Below are positions 49,980 through 63,307 of a stretch of DNA of 64,000 bases, piece by piece; the first letter of the stretch is position 1, and each line of letters begins with the position of its first letter. This stretch comes from Camelus ferus. Taxonomy: Eukaryota. A model generated the notes under the pieces. That model had not been told where the DNA came from and made no database searches. It saw only the letters and a program-made list of their open reading frames with translations. The position numbers and the translations under genes are program-made. Location of the stretch: NCBI RefSeq assembly GCF_009834535.1, contig NC_045697.1, positions 112,036,001 through 112,100,000 of the forward strand, given 5' to 3'.

Positions 49980-51529
49980 ATACAAAATAGAGGGTAGGCA
50001 TTTTCAAATCACAGCACAGCCAAGGTGATGAAAGGTAAGAATATTTGCTATCTGGAAAAAGGTTCATTAGGATTTTTCTTTTAAATACTCCTTGGGCCAA
50101 TGCATGGGGGTAGGAGGTTTTCTGCTCTGCGTTCCACATGCTACTGCTGTCAGTGGTGAGCGGCTGTTACCAAAAGACAGACTCTTCTAATAATTAAGAG
50201 TTTTCAAATAGGAACTTCCTTCTTAGTAAGGAAGGAAATTCATTATCTAAGACATGTTAAGAGGAGTCTGAATAGCCTCTTATCAAAACCCTGGAGAGGC
50301 AGGTCCTGTACGATTTAAGGGTTTAAGAGAGTCTTTTTAACAGGAGACTTCATTAAATTATGACCTTTTGTTTATAATGGCTGACAATTGTAACGTGAAT
50401 TAAATGAAAACTCTAGATTACAGACCTCTGACGTGCTTTATAATTCTCTTGTCGTCTTATGCGCTCTGTCTTTTTGTGAAACCCTTGCTGGTGCTCCCAC
50501 CTGGGCACGCCTGTCTCCCACTTGGCACACAGGATCCCCAATTGAATGACGTGGTCTTTGTCCCATCCATATCATCTTTCTGTCCCTCCTGGAGCCTGCT
50601 CAGACTAGCCTTGGTCCGTTCCTGTCACGTCAGTTTCTCAGCCCACTACTGCCGGCACGGGACAGATCCAACATCCTGATCAAGGATGCAGCCCCCGCTT
50701 GTTAGGACGTCAGAAAGTGCATGTGTGCTTTTAGATGAGTGGTTTGCTAACCTGGCTGGCAGTGGCCATCCTAAACCACCAGCCTCGAAGTCCATACAAA
50801 AGTTTAACAGAGAAAAGATGGACTTGGCTAACAAAGAGCAAATAGAGAAAAGCAATTGTTTTGAACAACTTTTAAAAATTATGTTTTCATCTGAAGGAAA
50901 AATTCACATTCAAATAAAAACGATAATGAGGAGGGCACAAGGACAAGGATGTGATTAACATTTTCTATTTCTACGTATTCATTGATTCATCGGTGGTAGT
51001 CCTGAACGGTACCTTTTCCTGGTTTATGTGCGTGTCACCCCCACTGTTTAGAATCATTTTAGGGAACTGTTTTCCAAACAGTTGAGGGCTTACCTCTTTG
51101 AGCATAAACACTGCTTTATCTTTCTGAAATATATTATACATTAAATTGCTTTCTTAAAGAGAAAATGCTGAATACAAATTTGACATTTTGCTGATTCAAA
51201 ACGAGCATTATAAGATCAACTGACATACTCATCTCACTGAATGACTCATCCCTTTTATGGGGCTTTGAGGTTGGAGTGTGGAGGAGTTGCGTGCCCCTGA
51301 TGGCCAGAGCCAGCTCCAATTTCAGACTTTCTGTTTTAGATTACCTTGCCACCAGGCTCCTGGTTTTAGGTATTTTGAGAATGGACTCGCCTCTAAGCAA
51401 TATCCTTCTCCACCTCTAATTTTTGGATAGATTTTCTGTATCCATAATCAAAATGAATATATAAAGCAAGTCTATAAATTAAGTACAAATCTGCCATGAA
51501 TGTTCCAAAGGGCTCTCCTTTGAGCAACT

Positions 51530-51686
51530 GCATAATTTTAGAGCCCAAATGTGTCAGCAGTTTTAGGTGCTGAGAAGCCACTATAAAGTAGAGATCAGAA
51601 TTTCTGGAGAGAAGGCTTAAGAATGTATGTTTGTAATCAGCACCCCAATAGTTCAGATGTACTCAAGTTAGAAACCACTGCCCTAG
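51530..51686. mobile_element. hAT-Charlie MITE (MER5-like)
   Basis: atcagaatttctgg...aagaatgtatgttt...aagttagaaaccactgccctaga. Confidence 0.6.
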
Positions 51687-52114
51687 AACACAGATACGAC
51701 TGTGGCATGAGAGTTGATGCATGCGATTGATACTCTGGGGTAGGAAAAAATGACGAGGGAGCTTTTGTTGGCAACTAGATAGGTGGGCTTGTGTGGAAGT
51801 GAAATGGGCTTCATACATCTGGTACCCCAGGTGCAAAGGCAATTGGGAAATAAGGTTTTTAACTTTCCATATTCTGCACACAGGACTGAACAATAACAGC
51901 AGGAGATTGGAAAAAGAATTGAACAAATCAATCCATAACATCTATCACCTTGTAAATGCAGACTCTTCCTGTGTCTTTGATCAGCCTCTTGACTTGGTTT
52001 GGTGTAGCAATGTGCAAATTCTTAAAGAAAATGCATTCTGGAAATCTACACTAAAATTATACCAAATAGCTAAAAAAAAAAAAAAAAAAAAAAAGAAATG
52101 GGCTTCATAGTAAG

Positions 52115-52235
52115 ACAGACCAGGATTTGACTGCATGATGCCTTGGGCAAGTCCTTTAATTTTCCTAATCCTCTGTTTTCCATGAAATGCACATGAAAGT
52201 ACTTCTGTAAGAGGATCATGGTCATGAACCAGGTA
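52115..52235 (+). mobile_element. MIR
   Basis: ccttgggcaagtcctttaattttcctaatcctctgttttcc. Confidence 0.55.
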
Positions 52236-53251
52236 AAGAGCCTGACTCATCCAGGGTGCCTGATCAGTCGCCACTGTGACCGCTGACCCCTGTGAAAGGA
52301 GATTTTACCATGCTTCAGTTCTGCAACTCTAGATCCCAGAAAATTGCCGAGAAGCACAAAAATGACACATCTGAAGAACCTATTTTGTGAGCAGGTCCCC
52401 TAATCCAATCCAGTCATCATCAATACCATGTGCATGGAGCACAAATATGATTCCATAAGAACTTCATGGCCTGAGAGAAAGAAAAGAAAACTTGTGGCAC
52501 AAACGTGGTCGAATAATGCTCACTTCCTGCTGCTTCGCACTGGGATGTGATTACCAAGGAAATGTGTCACATCCTGGGGAGCCGCAAGAAATCATTTTGA
52601 CTAAATTTGATGGGTTAGAAAAGAGAAATGCTGCAGATAACAAAGAAACTAAAATTATAGCTCTAAGGAAATAGGAGATGAACGTCAAGTTTTTGTTGTG
52701 TGTGTGATTAAACCTCAGAGAAGCGTGACAAGACCTGAAGGGAGAAGGAGAGAAACGGAAGGTAAGATTTGTAAATGTTCAGTGTCCTGGTAGCAAATTG
52801 GAACACTCTTGTGTTTGGCTCTAGGAGGAAATTACAGTTCCAGGCATTAGGTCCCAATGAAGACAGATTGCACGTTATGATTGAAATATAACACAAGCAA
52901 AGGATTTTCTTAAAGATGGAGCAGATTTAGTCCTTTTTCTTCTCATATTTAAAAAATGAGTATTTGGACATTTGGACGATTGTTACAATTTTAATAATTC
53001 TATACCTCTTTTTTTTTAATCGAGGGGAGAGTGTGGCAAGGGGGAGACAGTGCCTTCCTAGACAATCAGGGTAATTATTTGCAGTTTATTGAATGGTTGT
53101 TAACTCCAGTGTTGAACCACTAGAAAGAGAATATTCTGGTAGCAGTTAGATTATTGGCCTCAGGCAATTAGCAAAGAAAGTAAGACTTCCTTATAGATAA
53201 GTTGATGTGATTTTTATCCCCAGCTTTTTAGAAATATAATTGACATGTAAG

Positions 53252-53597
53252 GCGGAGCCAAGATGTTGGAGTAGAGAGACTCACAGCTCACCCTCTCCCA
53301 CAAGTACACCAAGAATTACATCTACAAACCCACTGTATCACACAGAACACCTACTGAACTCTGGCAGAGTGTCTCTGGTTTTCAAATACAGGAGGATTCT
53401 CTCAAAATCCAATAAACAACAAGTTTATACTGTATAGCACAGGGAACCACATTCAATATCCTATAGTAATTTATGGTGAAAAAGAATATGAAGACAAAAA
53501 TATGTATGTTCCTATATGACTGAAGCATTGTGCTGTGCACCAGAAATTGACACAATACTGTAAACTGACTCTACTTCAATAAAAGTATATCCAAAAA
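53252..53597 (+). mobile_element. ~350-bp mini-L1: extreme 5' end joined to the distal 3'UTR
   Basis: Starts (g)gcggagccaagatg; junction at 53411/53412; A-tail; direct repeat AGAAATATAATTGACATGTAAG at 53230-53251 and 53598-53619. Confidence 0.9.
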
Positions 53598-53629
53598 AGA
53601 AATATAATTGACATGTAAGTTGTGTAATT

Positions 53630-53677
53630 ATGTGTATGTGCGTGTGTATATATATATATACACACGCACATACACAT
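53630..53677. repeat. Perfect 48-bp purine-pyrimidine palindrome
   Basis: atgtgtatgtgcgtgtg(ta)7cacacgcacatacacat. Confidence 0.9.
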
Positions 53678-56600
53678 TCATAAGTTGCAAAATGATGATC
53701 ACCCAGCCTTAGTGAACACCTCCTTCATGTCACATAATTACCATTTCTTTTTTTGTACTGAGAACATTTATGAACTCAGTTCAAATATACAATACAGTAT
53801 AATTTAACTATAATCATCATGCTGTATGTTAGATCTCCACAAGTTATTCCTCTTATAACTGGAAGTTTGCATGCTTTGACCACCACATCCCCGTCTCCTC
53901 CAAGCCTCCAGTCCCTGGTAACTACCACTCTACTCTGTTTCTATGAATTTGGCTTTTCCAGATGTTACATATAAGTGAGATCATATAGCATTTGTCTTTC
54001 TCTGTCTGACTTCTTTCACTCAGCATGATGCCCTCATGGTCCATCTGTGATGGCAGAATTTCCTTCTTACTCACTCCTGCATAATATTCTATTGCACATA
54101 CATACCTTATCTTTATCCATTCATCTGTTGACAGACACTTGGGTTGTTTCTGTAGCTTAACTATTCTGAATAACATTGCAATGAACATGGCAATGCAGAT
54201 GTCTCTTTGAGATGCTGCTTTCATTTCCTTTGGATATATACAGAGAAGTTGGATTGCTGAATCATATAGTAGTTTTATTTTTAATTTTTTGAGAAAACTC
54301 CATGCTGTTTTCTATAGCGGCTGCACCAGTTTACATTCTCACCCACAGTGCACAGGGGTTCTTTTTCTCCATATTCTCCCCAGCATTTGTTATCTCTTGT
54401 CTTTTTGATGTGAGGTCATATCTCATTATCATTTTGATTTGAATTTTCCTGATGATGAGTGATTCGAATACTTTTGTATACCTTTTTGCCATCTTATGTC
54501 TTCTTTGAGAAACATCTGTTCAATTCTTCTGTCCATATTTTAATTAGGTTTTTTGTTTTTCTCTTATTAAGTTATAAGCATTCTTTATATACTTTGGATA
54601 TTAATACCATCTCAGATATATGATTTGTAAATATTTCCATAGATTGCCTTGTCATTTTGTTCATTGTTTCTTTTGCTGTGCAGAACTTTTCAGTTTGATG
54701 TAATCCCACTTGTTTATTTTTCCCTTTTTCTTTTAGCTTTTGATGTCAAATCCAAAAAGTTATTGCCAAGACTGATATTAAGGACCTTACTTCTTTTTTC
54801 TCCAATTTTATTGAGATATAATTGACATATAACACTGTATAAGTTTAAGGTGTACAGCATAATGATTTGACTTATATATCATGAAATGATTGACACAATA
54901 AGTTTAGTGAACATCCATCATCTCATATAGATACAAAATAAATAGAAAAAAAATTTCCTTGTAATGAGAACTCTTAGGATATACTCTCTTTACAACCTAT
55001 GCATCTAACAACAGCAGTGTTAATTATATTTATCGTGCTGCACATTACATCCCTAATACTTATCTATCTTAACACATAGATTTGTACCTTTTGACAACCT
55101 TCATCCAATAGCCCCTCTCTCCACCTTCTGCCTCTGATAACTACAAGTTGTATCTCTTTTTCTATTAATCTTTTTGTTTTGAATTATAATTGACCTACAA
55201 CACTATGTTCCTGTTAGTCAACAGCAATTCTATATTTCTATACATTTCAAAATGATTACCATGAAATGTCGTTATGATGCCACCATACAAAGATATTATT
55301 ACATAGTTATCAACTATATTCCCTACACTGTACATTCATACCAGCAACTCGTGTATTTTGCAATGGGAAATTTGCACCTCTTAATCTCTCTTTCTCATTT
55401 CTTCCCTGCCTCCCTCTCCCCTCCCTCTGGCAACCACCTATTCATCTCTGTATCTATAACTCTCTTCTATTTCATTATATTTGTTAATTTGCTTTGTTCT
55501 TTAGTGTCCACATATAAGTGAAATAATACAGTATTTATATTTCTCTGTCTGACATATTCCACTTTGCTTATACCCTCTTATTTCCCGTGGTCCATCCATG
55601 TTGTCACAAATGGCAAGATTTCATTATTTTTATAGCTCAGTAATATTCCATTATATATATATCACATCTTCTTTATCCATTCCTGTATGATGGACACTTA
55701 GGTTGCTCCTATATCTTATATATTGTAAATAATGCTGCACTGAACAAAGTGGTGCATATATATTTTCTAAGTAGTGTTTTTGTTCAGATAAATATCCAGG
55801 AGTGGAATTTCTGGATCATTTGGTAGTCCTATTTTTAATTATTTTGATATTGTTTCCATAGTGGCTACACCAATTTACATTTCCATTAACAGTGCATGGG
55901 AGTTCCCTTTTGTCCACACCCTTGCCAAAGCTTGCTATTTGTTGTCTTTTAGATAATAACCATTCTAACAGGTGTGAGGTGATCTCATTGTGGTTTTGAT
56001 TTGCATTTCACTGATGATTAGTGATATTGAGCATCTTTTCTATGTGCCTGTTGGCCAACTGTATATTTTCTATGGAAAATTACCTATTCAGGTCCTTTGC
56101 CCTTTTTAAAATTGGGTTGCTTATTTTTTGATGTTGAGTTGTATGAGTTCATTGTATATTTTGGATATTAACCTGTTATCAGATATGTGATTTGCAAATA
56201 TCTTCTCCCATTCAGTATGACCTTTTCATTTGTTGATAGTTTTCTTCACTGTGCAAAAGCTTTTTAGTTTGATATAGTCACATTTGTTTATCTTTGCTTT
56301 TGTTTCCCTTGCCTGAGGAGACACATACAAAAAAAATTACTAAGACTAATGTAAAAAAAAAAAACCACTCATGTCAAAGAACATATTGTCTATGTTTTCT
56401 TCCAGAAGTTTTATGGTTTTAGGTCTTATGTTTAAGTTTTTAATCTATTTTGGATTTTGTGTGTGTGTGTGTGTGCATGTGTGAGAGAGTGGTCCAGTTT
56501 GATTCTTTAGCATATAGCTATCCTATTTTCCCAGCACCATTTATTGAAGAGGCTGTCTTTTCTCGAATGTATGTTCTTGTGTCTTTTAAGATTAATTGCC

Positions 56601-59469
56601 CACATAAGTGTTGGCTAATTTCTAGGCTCTCTATTCTGTTCCATCGATTTATGTGTCTGATTTTGTGCCAGTACCATGCTGTTTTGATGACTGTAGCTTA
56701 ATCTCATTGAACTTTTCTATTGTTTTTTGTCTCTATTTCATTACTTTCTGCTCTCATCTTTATGATTTCTTTCCTTCTACTAACTGGATTTCATTTGGTT
56801 TTCTTTTTCTGGTTCCTTTAGGTGTAAGGTTAGATTTTTTTTTTTTAAGATTTTCCTTTCCCTGAGATAGGCTTGTGTCACTATAAACTTCCCTCTTAGA
56901 GCTGCTTTTGGTGCATCCCTAGATTAAGGATCATTGAGTGTTCATTTTCATTTGTCTCCAAGTATTTTTTTATTCCTTCTTTTATTTTTTTCAGTCACCC
57001 ATTGGTTGTTTAACAGCATATTGTTTAGCCTCCATGTGTTTTGTGTTTTTTGCAGTTTTTTTTTTCTTGTAGTTGATATCTAATCTCATAGCATTGTGCT
57101 CAAAAAAGATGCTTGGTATGAGTTCAGGCTGGTAGGTGGGGCTGGGTTCTGGTACTAATAAGCTAGAGGGAAGACTCCAAAATGGTGCCTGCCAGCACCA
57201 GTGTCCTCGTGGTAGAATGAACTCCCCAAAATGGCAGCTGCCAGCCTCCAGGTCCCCAGGGTGAGCTCCAGTTCCCCCCTCATTGTCTGGTGGCTCTCCA
57301 AGATGAGCAAGTGAGTCTGACCCAGGCTCCTTTCAAATGACTGCCTCTTCCCTGAGGCCTGGAGCATGTGAGATTTGTGTGCACTCTTTAAGAGTGGAGC
57401 CTCTATTTCCTACAGCCCTCTGGGCCTCCTGAAAGTGAGCCCCACTGGCCCTCAAAGTTAAATGTCCTGGGGGATCATATCCAGGTTTGTTCTTCAGCTG
57501 GATTGCTTTGGCTGTTTTGGTCTTTTGTGGTTCCATACAAATTTTAACATTGGGTTTCCATTTCTGTGAAAAATGCCTTTGGACTTTTCATAGGGATTTT
57601 ATTGAATCTGTTTTTTTGTTTTTAAGTAATGCCATCTAGGGAATAGATTTAACAGTGCTACTCTAGAAGTTTCGTAATGTCTCTGTTTCTGCCCAATGCT
57701 AGAATTGATTTTTAGGTTAAACCCTTACCCAGAAATCCCTTCTGAAACAAAACAAATAAGACAAAACTCTTTTCCTATTGCTAGTAAAGAAGCAAACCAC
57801 TATTAAACACAGCAAGTGGAGAGAAATCCATGGACAACAAAACTCAACAGGAAGTTATTCCGGAGTTTATGTCTACCTGACAGTTCAAGAAACATTGAAT
57901 AAAGGCCAAAATCCCTTAGAAATCGGTCAATGAGGATTTAAGTGTTTGTGGTATTAACACTTGGCAATTATAGGCAGTCTGATCATGCAAATTTTTATGG
58001 AAAAATGTAGGCCACCCAAAATAGATTTATCAAAATAAAAAAAGGAGATCTCGGATTAAGCTAGAAGAAAATCACTCATTTGGCCATACCTAATCAAAGA
58101 TTTTCACCATTTGCTGGAGATCAGATAGTTAACATGCTCCATGATATTGTTAAGCACCTGATGGATACCAGACACTTGCTGGAGAGTCAGTGGTGAATTG
58201 AGACATAGGCTATGTCATCAAAGAGCTTACAGTCTAAGGAACTGGAATCCCACATGGGGTGTGTGTGTGTGTGTGTGCACATGTGCATGCTGGAGTTTAA
58301 TGCATTCTAAACTACAAATTGCTATTATCTTAAAGAATGAACTTTTTTATCCATTCTCTATTAGTCTTTCCACTGTATTTCATAATAAACCCTAAGACCA
58401 CATTATTGAGAAATAGCTGGAAGAGGCACACTTACCTGATGGTTCCATCTGGGTAGCAGGGGCTGATTACGATCAGGCCACCTGTTACACCCTCTGAGGA
58501 ACATGGGCTTCACAGGCTTATTTGAAGTTGGAAGAGTTATACATTTTGAACAAAGACACATTATTCTTTCACAATAGGGAAAGAATCACTGTGAATAGTC
58601 GTACAGAAAAGTGATGTGAAATCCAATAGATAAAATGGTTATTAACCTTCCTTTAAGTGATTCCAACAAGAATCCAAATCTTCTTTTTATGGAGGAGAAT
58701 CCAATTTTCTCATAAAGTGTATCATTATCATCTGGGCATAATTCATTGGCAGGGAATGAGTCCTCACGCAGACATTGGTGGTAACGTGGCATTTGCATTC
58801 TTCTTGCATTCTTCTGTAGCTCAGACTTTATGTTTAAATAACGCATAGAAGGTAAGGCTAGGGATAGCCGCCTCGTCGGCTCCTCCCTTCGCTGAGACAG
58901 CAGCACCTCTCTGGCATGGTCTCACTGTGCTCGTCCAGGTTGGAACAACCATTTTGCTAGTTTAAAAAGTATCTCTTCTAACCATCTCACCTAACACTTT
59001 AAAAGTGATTATTTCAGGCTCAGGGATGCCTTCTTGGTGGTTTTTGGCATTTCTGGTGGAGGAAGCTGGCTTTAGTCTGACATATGGTATGAAGAACACA
59101 TCCAAATGGATAACAACAGACTTCAGCCAAAGGGCCTTGACATGTTCCTCTCAACGCTACTTAGTATCCTCAACCAGGCGGCTGCTGTCGTGCTTTTAAA
59201 TCTTCCATCTGACTTGGAGGTGAGGAGCAGAGAGACCCAGTGTGACTATTTATATGCGTATATGCAAGTTCATTCGGGGCAATTGGCTTTTCCCCTCCAA
59301 TTCACACATATGGTGTCACACGTGAGCAGCACCTTCAATTGTTCCCCATGATTGATTACCGAGCACCAAAGTCTTCCCCCAGTGCTCTGGAAGAGCATCT
59401 TTCTGGTTTGTAATTAATGTATTTCCTTTGAGAAGTCACCAGTAGGAGGTGGGAAGGAGCTTATTTTAA

Positions 59470-59740
59470 AGGGATAAATCGGGAGTTTGTGATGTGCAGG
59501 TACTAACTATTATATATAAAATAGATAAAGAACAAGTTTTTATGTATAGCACAGGGAACTATATTCAATATCTTGTAGTAACTTATGGTGAAGAAGAATG
59601 TGAAAACAAATATATGTATATTCTTGTATGACTGAAGCATTATGCCGTACACCAGAAATTAACACAACTTTGTAAACTGACTATACTTCAATAAATATAT
59701 ATATAATAAAAATGTATATACTTGAAGCAAAAAAAAAAAA
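59470..59740 (+). mobile_element. 5'-truncated young L1 3'UTR
   Basis: gggataaatcgggagtttgtgat...tgtatagcacagggaactatattcaatatcttg; A-tail. Confidence 0.9.
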
Positions 59741-60724
59741 TAGTGCACACGCCTCTATTTGTCATAAACCCAAGCTGTGCATTTCATAGACGCTTTTCAT
59801 TTTCTTTGTCTCTGCCCTAATAACCTCCAAATCTCCCTCTAGTTATGATGTGATTGAGGCACAAGGGTTAGCTTTTTAAAACACTCCAACACAACTTCAT
59901 TCCTCTTTTATGAGGCATGAGGTCATAACTTAGAAGATGCCTAGATGTTCAGTCATAATCCCATTTATTAAGGTCTGAGAGAATAACTCTATCCAGTTAA
60001 ATCTGGTTGCAGAGCACAAGATTTATTAGAGGGAACTGGAGTGCATCTCTGTAAAACAAAAGCTGGGCACATGCACCATACTCAGGGTTAGCAGAAATGG
60101 CGATTTAGCAGAAATGTGCACAGCAGTTCTTTCTCCTGACTTACTTCCTGACGTTTTTGAAAATTTCAAAAATAATAAACTATAAAGTGAAGTTTCATCT
60201 CTCAAAGATTGTCTTGTGGGTTTGGCATTTGTCACTATCTGAAACGCATCACTGTACAATCTCTGCAGGTACACATGTCTGGCACAGCAGAGTCCTTGAT
60301 AAAACAAGGAAACAAATTGCAACAAGCCCATTGACTGTGGCGTCAGAGGTCTTCTGATCTAAATTGTCCCATAAGGGGATGTAATCTTGGTCCTTTGGCT
60401 CTTGCATAACAAATTCTTAGCAGAAAAATCATCTTAATGGTAGATTTAATTCATAAATACTGTAATGAAATAGGCAACAACATATTAGTTACATGGCTAA
60501 ATAATGGGGATGATGGAGATCACTGGTCAGGTTTTTTTTTTTTAATTTACCAAGAACAAAAAAAAAATGTATGTTACATTGCACAAACTGTTCAGTGACA
60601 GTGGCCCTTCCTAAGGAAATGCTTGGACTAGGCAAGATCCTTCAACAGAGCATGATCTGTGTGAATCCAATAATGTGAGGAAACAGATTCATTGCATTCT
60701 GTGAACAATAAAAATCAATTAATA

Positions 60725-61051
60725 AAAAAAGACACAAATAAATTTATTTACAAAACAGAAACAGACTCACAGACATAGAGATCAAACTTATGGTTACTTG
60801 CGGGGAGAGGGCGGAAAGAAATCAGTTGGGAGTTTGAGATTTGCAGATGCTAACTACTATATATAAAATAGATAAACAGCAAGTTTCTTCTGCAGAGCAC
60901 AGGGAAATATATTCAATATCTTCTAGTAACGTATAATGAAAAAGAATCTGCAGAGGAATATATGTATGTGTATGTATGACTGAAACATTCTGCTGTGCAC
61001 CAGATATTGACAACATTGTAAGCCGACTATACCTCAGTTTAAAAAAAAAAA
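60725..61051 (+). mobile_element. 5'-truncated young L1 3'UTR
   Basis: acaaaacagaaacagactcacagacatagag...ctatacctcagtttaaaaaa. Confidence 0.9.
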
Positions 61052-61592
61052 TTCTTGCTTCAAAGGCAGATAAGGATGCTTTCCAGTCTAAGCTCCTCTA
61101 GCTGCCGTGCTGTGTGGCGCTCAACTGTTCTAATATAGAAGCACTTTTGAGCAGGAAACACAATGTTTTCTGTATCTTGCAGTTACTCATCTAAATTACT
61201 CAGACCCATGATGGAATGATTGAATAAGTTGATGTGAATTTTTTCCTTAACTTTTAGGTCTCTTTATATTTTTAATTGATACATAAAGTTATCAGTAATA
61301 TGCAGAAAAAGCATATTAATGTCAGTGGCTGGAAATTCAATACTTTCCCAGTTCTTATGTATGAACTGTCTGCCTTTTGACTTGTGTACACTGCCTTTGG
61401 GCTCTGGGATGCTTTTTTTCTTCTGCACGAAGTATCCTTTGTCCTCTCTCCATTGCTGCTATGTTTTAGAAGCTTACTTTCCTGTTACAGAAATGTGTGT
61501 AATAACTTTGGGGAATATATCAGTCCATCTTAGTTATTTTTTCCTTCGTTAGCACCATTGAATGTTAATTGTATATCAACAACTCCTTTTTA

Positions 61593-61751
61593 AAAATTTT
61601 TTTAAATTATTGTATAATTTTATTTTATTTTAAATTGGCAGGGGGAGGTAAGTAGGTTATATTTTATTTTTTGAGGAGGTACTGGGGATTGAACCCAGGG
61701 CCTCAAGCATGCAAAGCTTGCCCTCTACAATTTGCACTATACCCTCCCCCC
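61593..61751 (-). mobile_element. Camelid tRNA-derived SINE (Vic-1-like)
   Basis: ggaggtactggggattgaacccagg; TSD TCAACAACTCCTTTTTA at 61576-61592 and 61752-61768. Confidence 0.92.
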
Positions 61752-62004
61752 TCAACAACTCCTTTTTATTTTTGTGTTTTCTCATTGTTGTCCTATCAAG
61801 GAGGAATCCTTACTTTCCTGGAAGGAAAATCCTCAGTGGAATTATGACAATATATAGTTTATCTGGTTGTTTTTTTAAACAGAGATGTAATTTGGTCTGA
61901 ATAAAGATGAAACATTTTCATTATGCTTTGAAATGAAAAGTTAAACTAAGAGGATGAAAAAAGTAAGTCAAATGAGAAGTAATTAAGAAAGAAGAGTCGT
62001 CAAT

Positions 62005-62455
62005 TTTTTTAACAATTTTTTTTAATTGAAGTGTAATTGATTTACAGTGTTGTGTTAGTTTCTGGTGTACAGCATAGTGATTCAGTTTTGCATATATGTA
62101 TATATATTCCTTTTCATATTCTTTTTCATTATAGGAAGTTACAATGTATTGAATATATTCCCCTGTGCTATACAGTTGGACCTTGTTGTTTACCTATTTT
62201 ATATATAGTAGTTAGTACCTGCTAATTCCAAACTCCTAATTTATTCCTCCCTCCCCTTTCCCCTTTGGTAATCATCCGTTTGTTTTCTATGTCTGTGAGT
62301 CTGATTCTGTTTTGTAAATAAGTTAATTTGTGTTATTTTTTAAAGATTCCACATATAAGTGCTATCTTATGATATTTGTCTTTGTGTGTCTGACTTACTT
62401 CACCTAGTATGACAGTCTTCAGTTCCATCCATGTTGCTGCAAACGGCATTATTTT
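62005..62455 (-). mobile_element. 5'-truncated young L1 3' end
   Basis: taattgaagtgtaattgatttacag...ccatccatgttgctgcaaacggcattatt. Confidence 0.9.
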
Positions 62456-62684
62456 AGAATAATCAATTCTAAATTAGCATTAGCTGACTATCTGGGTAAA
62501 CACACTTTGCTCTCTTTCAGTCTCTGTTTCTGGCAGGTTTACAGATCAGACACAAGTAGGTTAAAGCAACATTCACAATTTATATATGTTTGTAACCCAA
62601 TCACTCATTTCACAAGTAATAAAAATTACTACCATTTGTTGGTTAACTCTGTGTCGGTCTCCGTGGTGAAGACTCGACCCACAT

Positions 62685-62820
62685 TAGCACACATTTAATC
62701 TTCACAGCAAATCTCTGAGTTAGACATAATTCCCATTTTATAGATGTGAACTCTGAGGTTTATAGAGGCTGCGATCATATGGCTACTTAGTGGCAGAGCT
62801 GTGGGACTCCAAAACCTGTC
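62685..62820 (-). mobile_element. MIR
   Basis: catttaatcttcacagcaa...cccattttatagatgtgaactctgagg. Confidence 0.75.
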
Positions 62821-63221
62821 CCTGGAAACATACTCTTCTATGAATTCAACGGACACTACTCTGCTGAGCTTGGCGGACTTGGCACACAATGCTTATGCTA
62901 ACAGAACAGCCATTTTGAAACTCTGCTGATAATGATTGGTATTTAATATATTAAAGGATACATACAATATTTATAGTTGATTTTTACTTCTTTATTGAAT
63001 TATTTACTACATAGGCCTCACTAAAAATTCCTTACTAGCTCCTTGATGAGGGTGGTGTTTTTTATATATACTTTTTGGGCTACTTCTCACTGTTACAATA
63101 CAGGCTGGCTATGTTTTAAGTTATTTTTAAAAGCATCTTTGATATTTTGGTTACAAACTCTTCTAGGGCTGACTCGAAGGGCCTAGGTGGTTTTTAGCTA
63201 TTTGTTTTTAAGAGGCAAATA

Positions 63222-63307
63222 TAATAAACCTTTCTCTGCTCCAAACTCCCACACTTCAGTTTGTTTGGCCTCATGGTGTGTGGGGCACGTGGACTTGCCT
63301 TCAGCAC
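63222..63307 (+). mobile_element. ERV LTR R/U5 fragment
   Basis: aataaacctttctctgctccaaactcc...tttggcctca. Confidence 0.5.

Larger units (their letters stand above)
53210..57612 (-). mobile_element. Nested cluster of L1 elements
   Basis: Older L1 at 53210-54790; second L1 3' end from 54800 to 56698; endonuclease-region piece 56699-57126; 5'UTR piece 57127-57470; ORF2 resumes at 57478-57612; ORF 53922-54224 resembles the ORF2 C-terminus. Confidence 0.9.
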
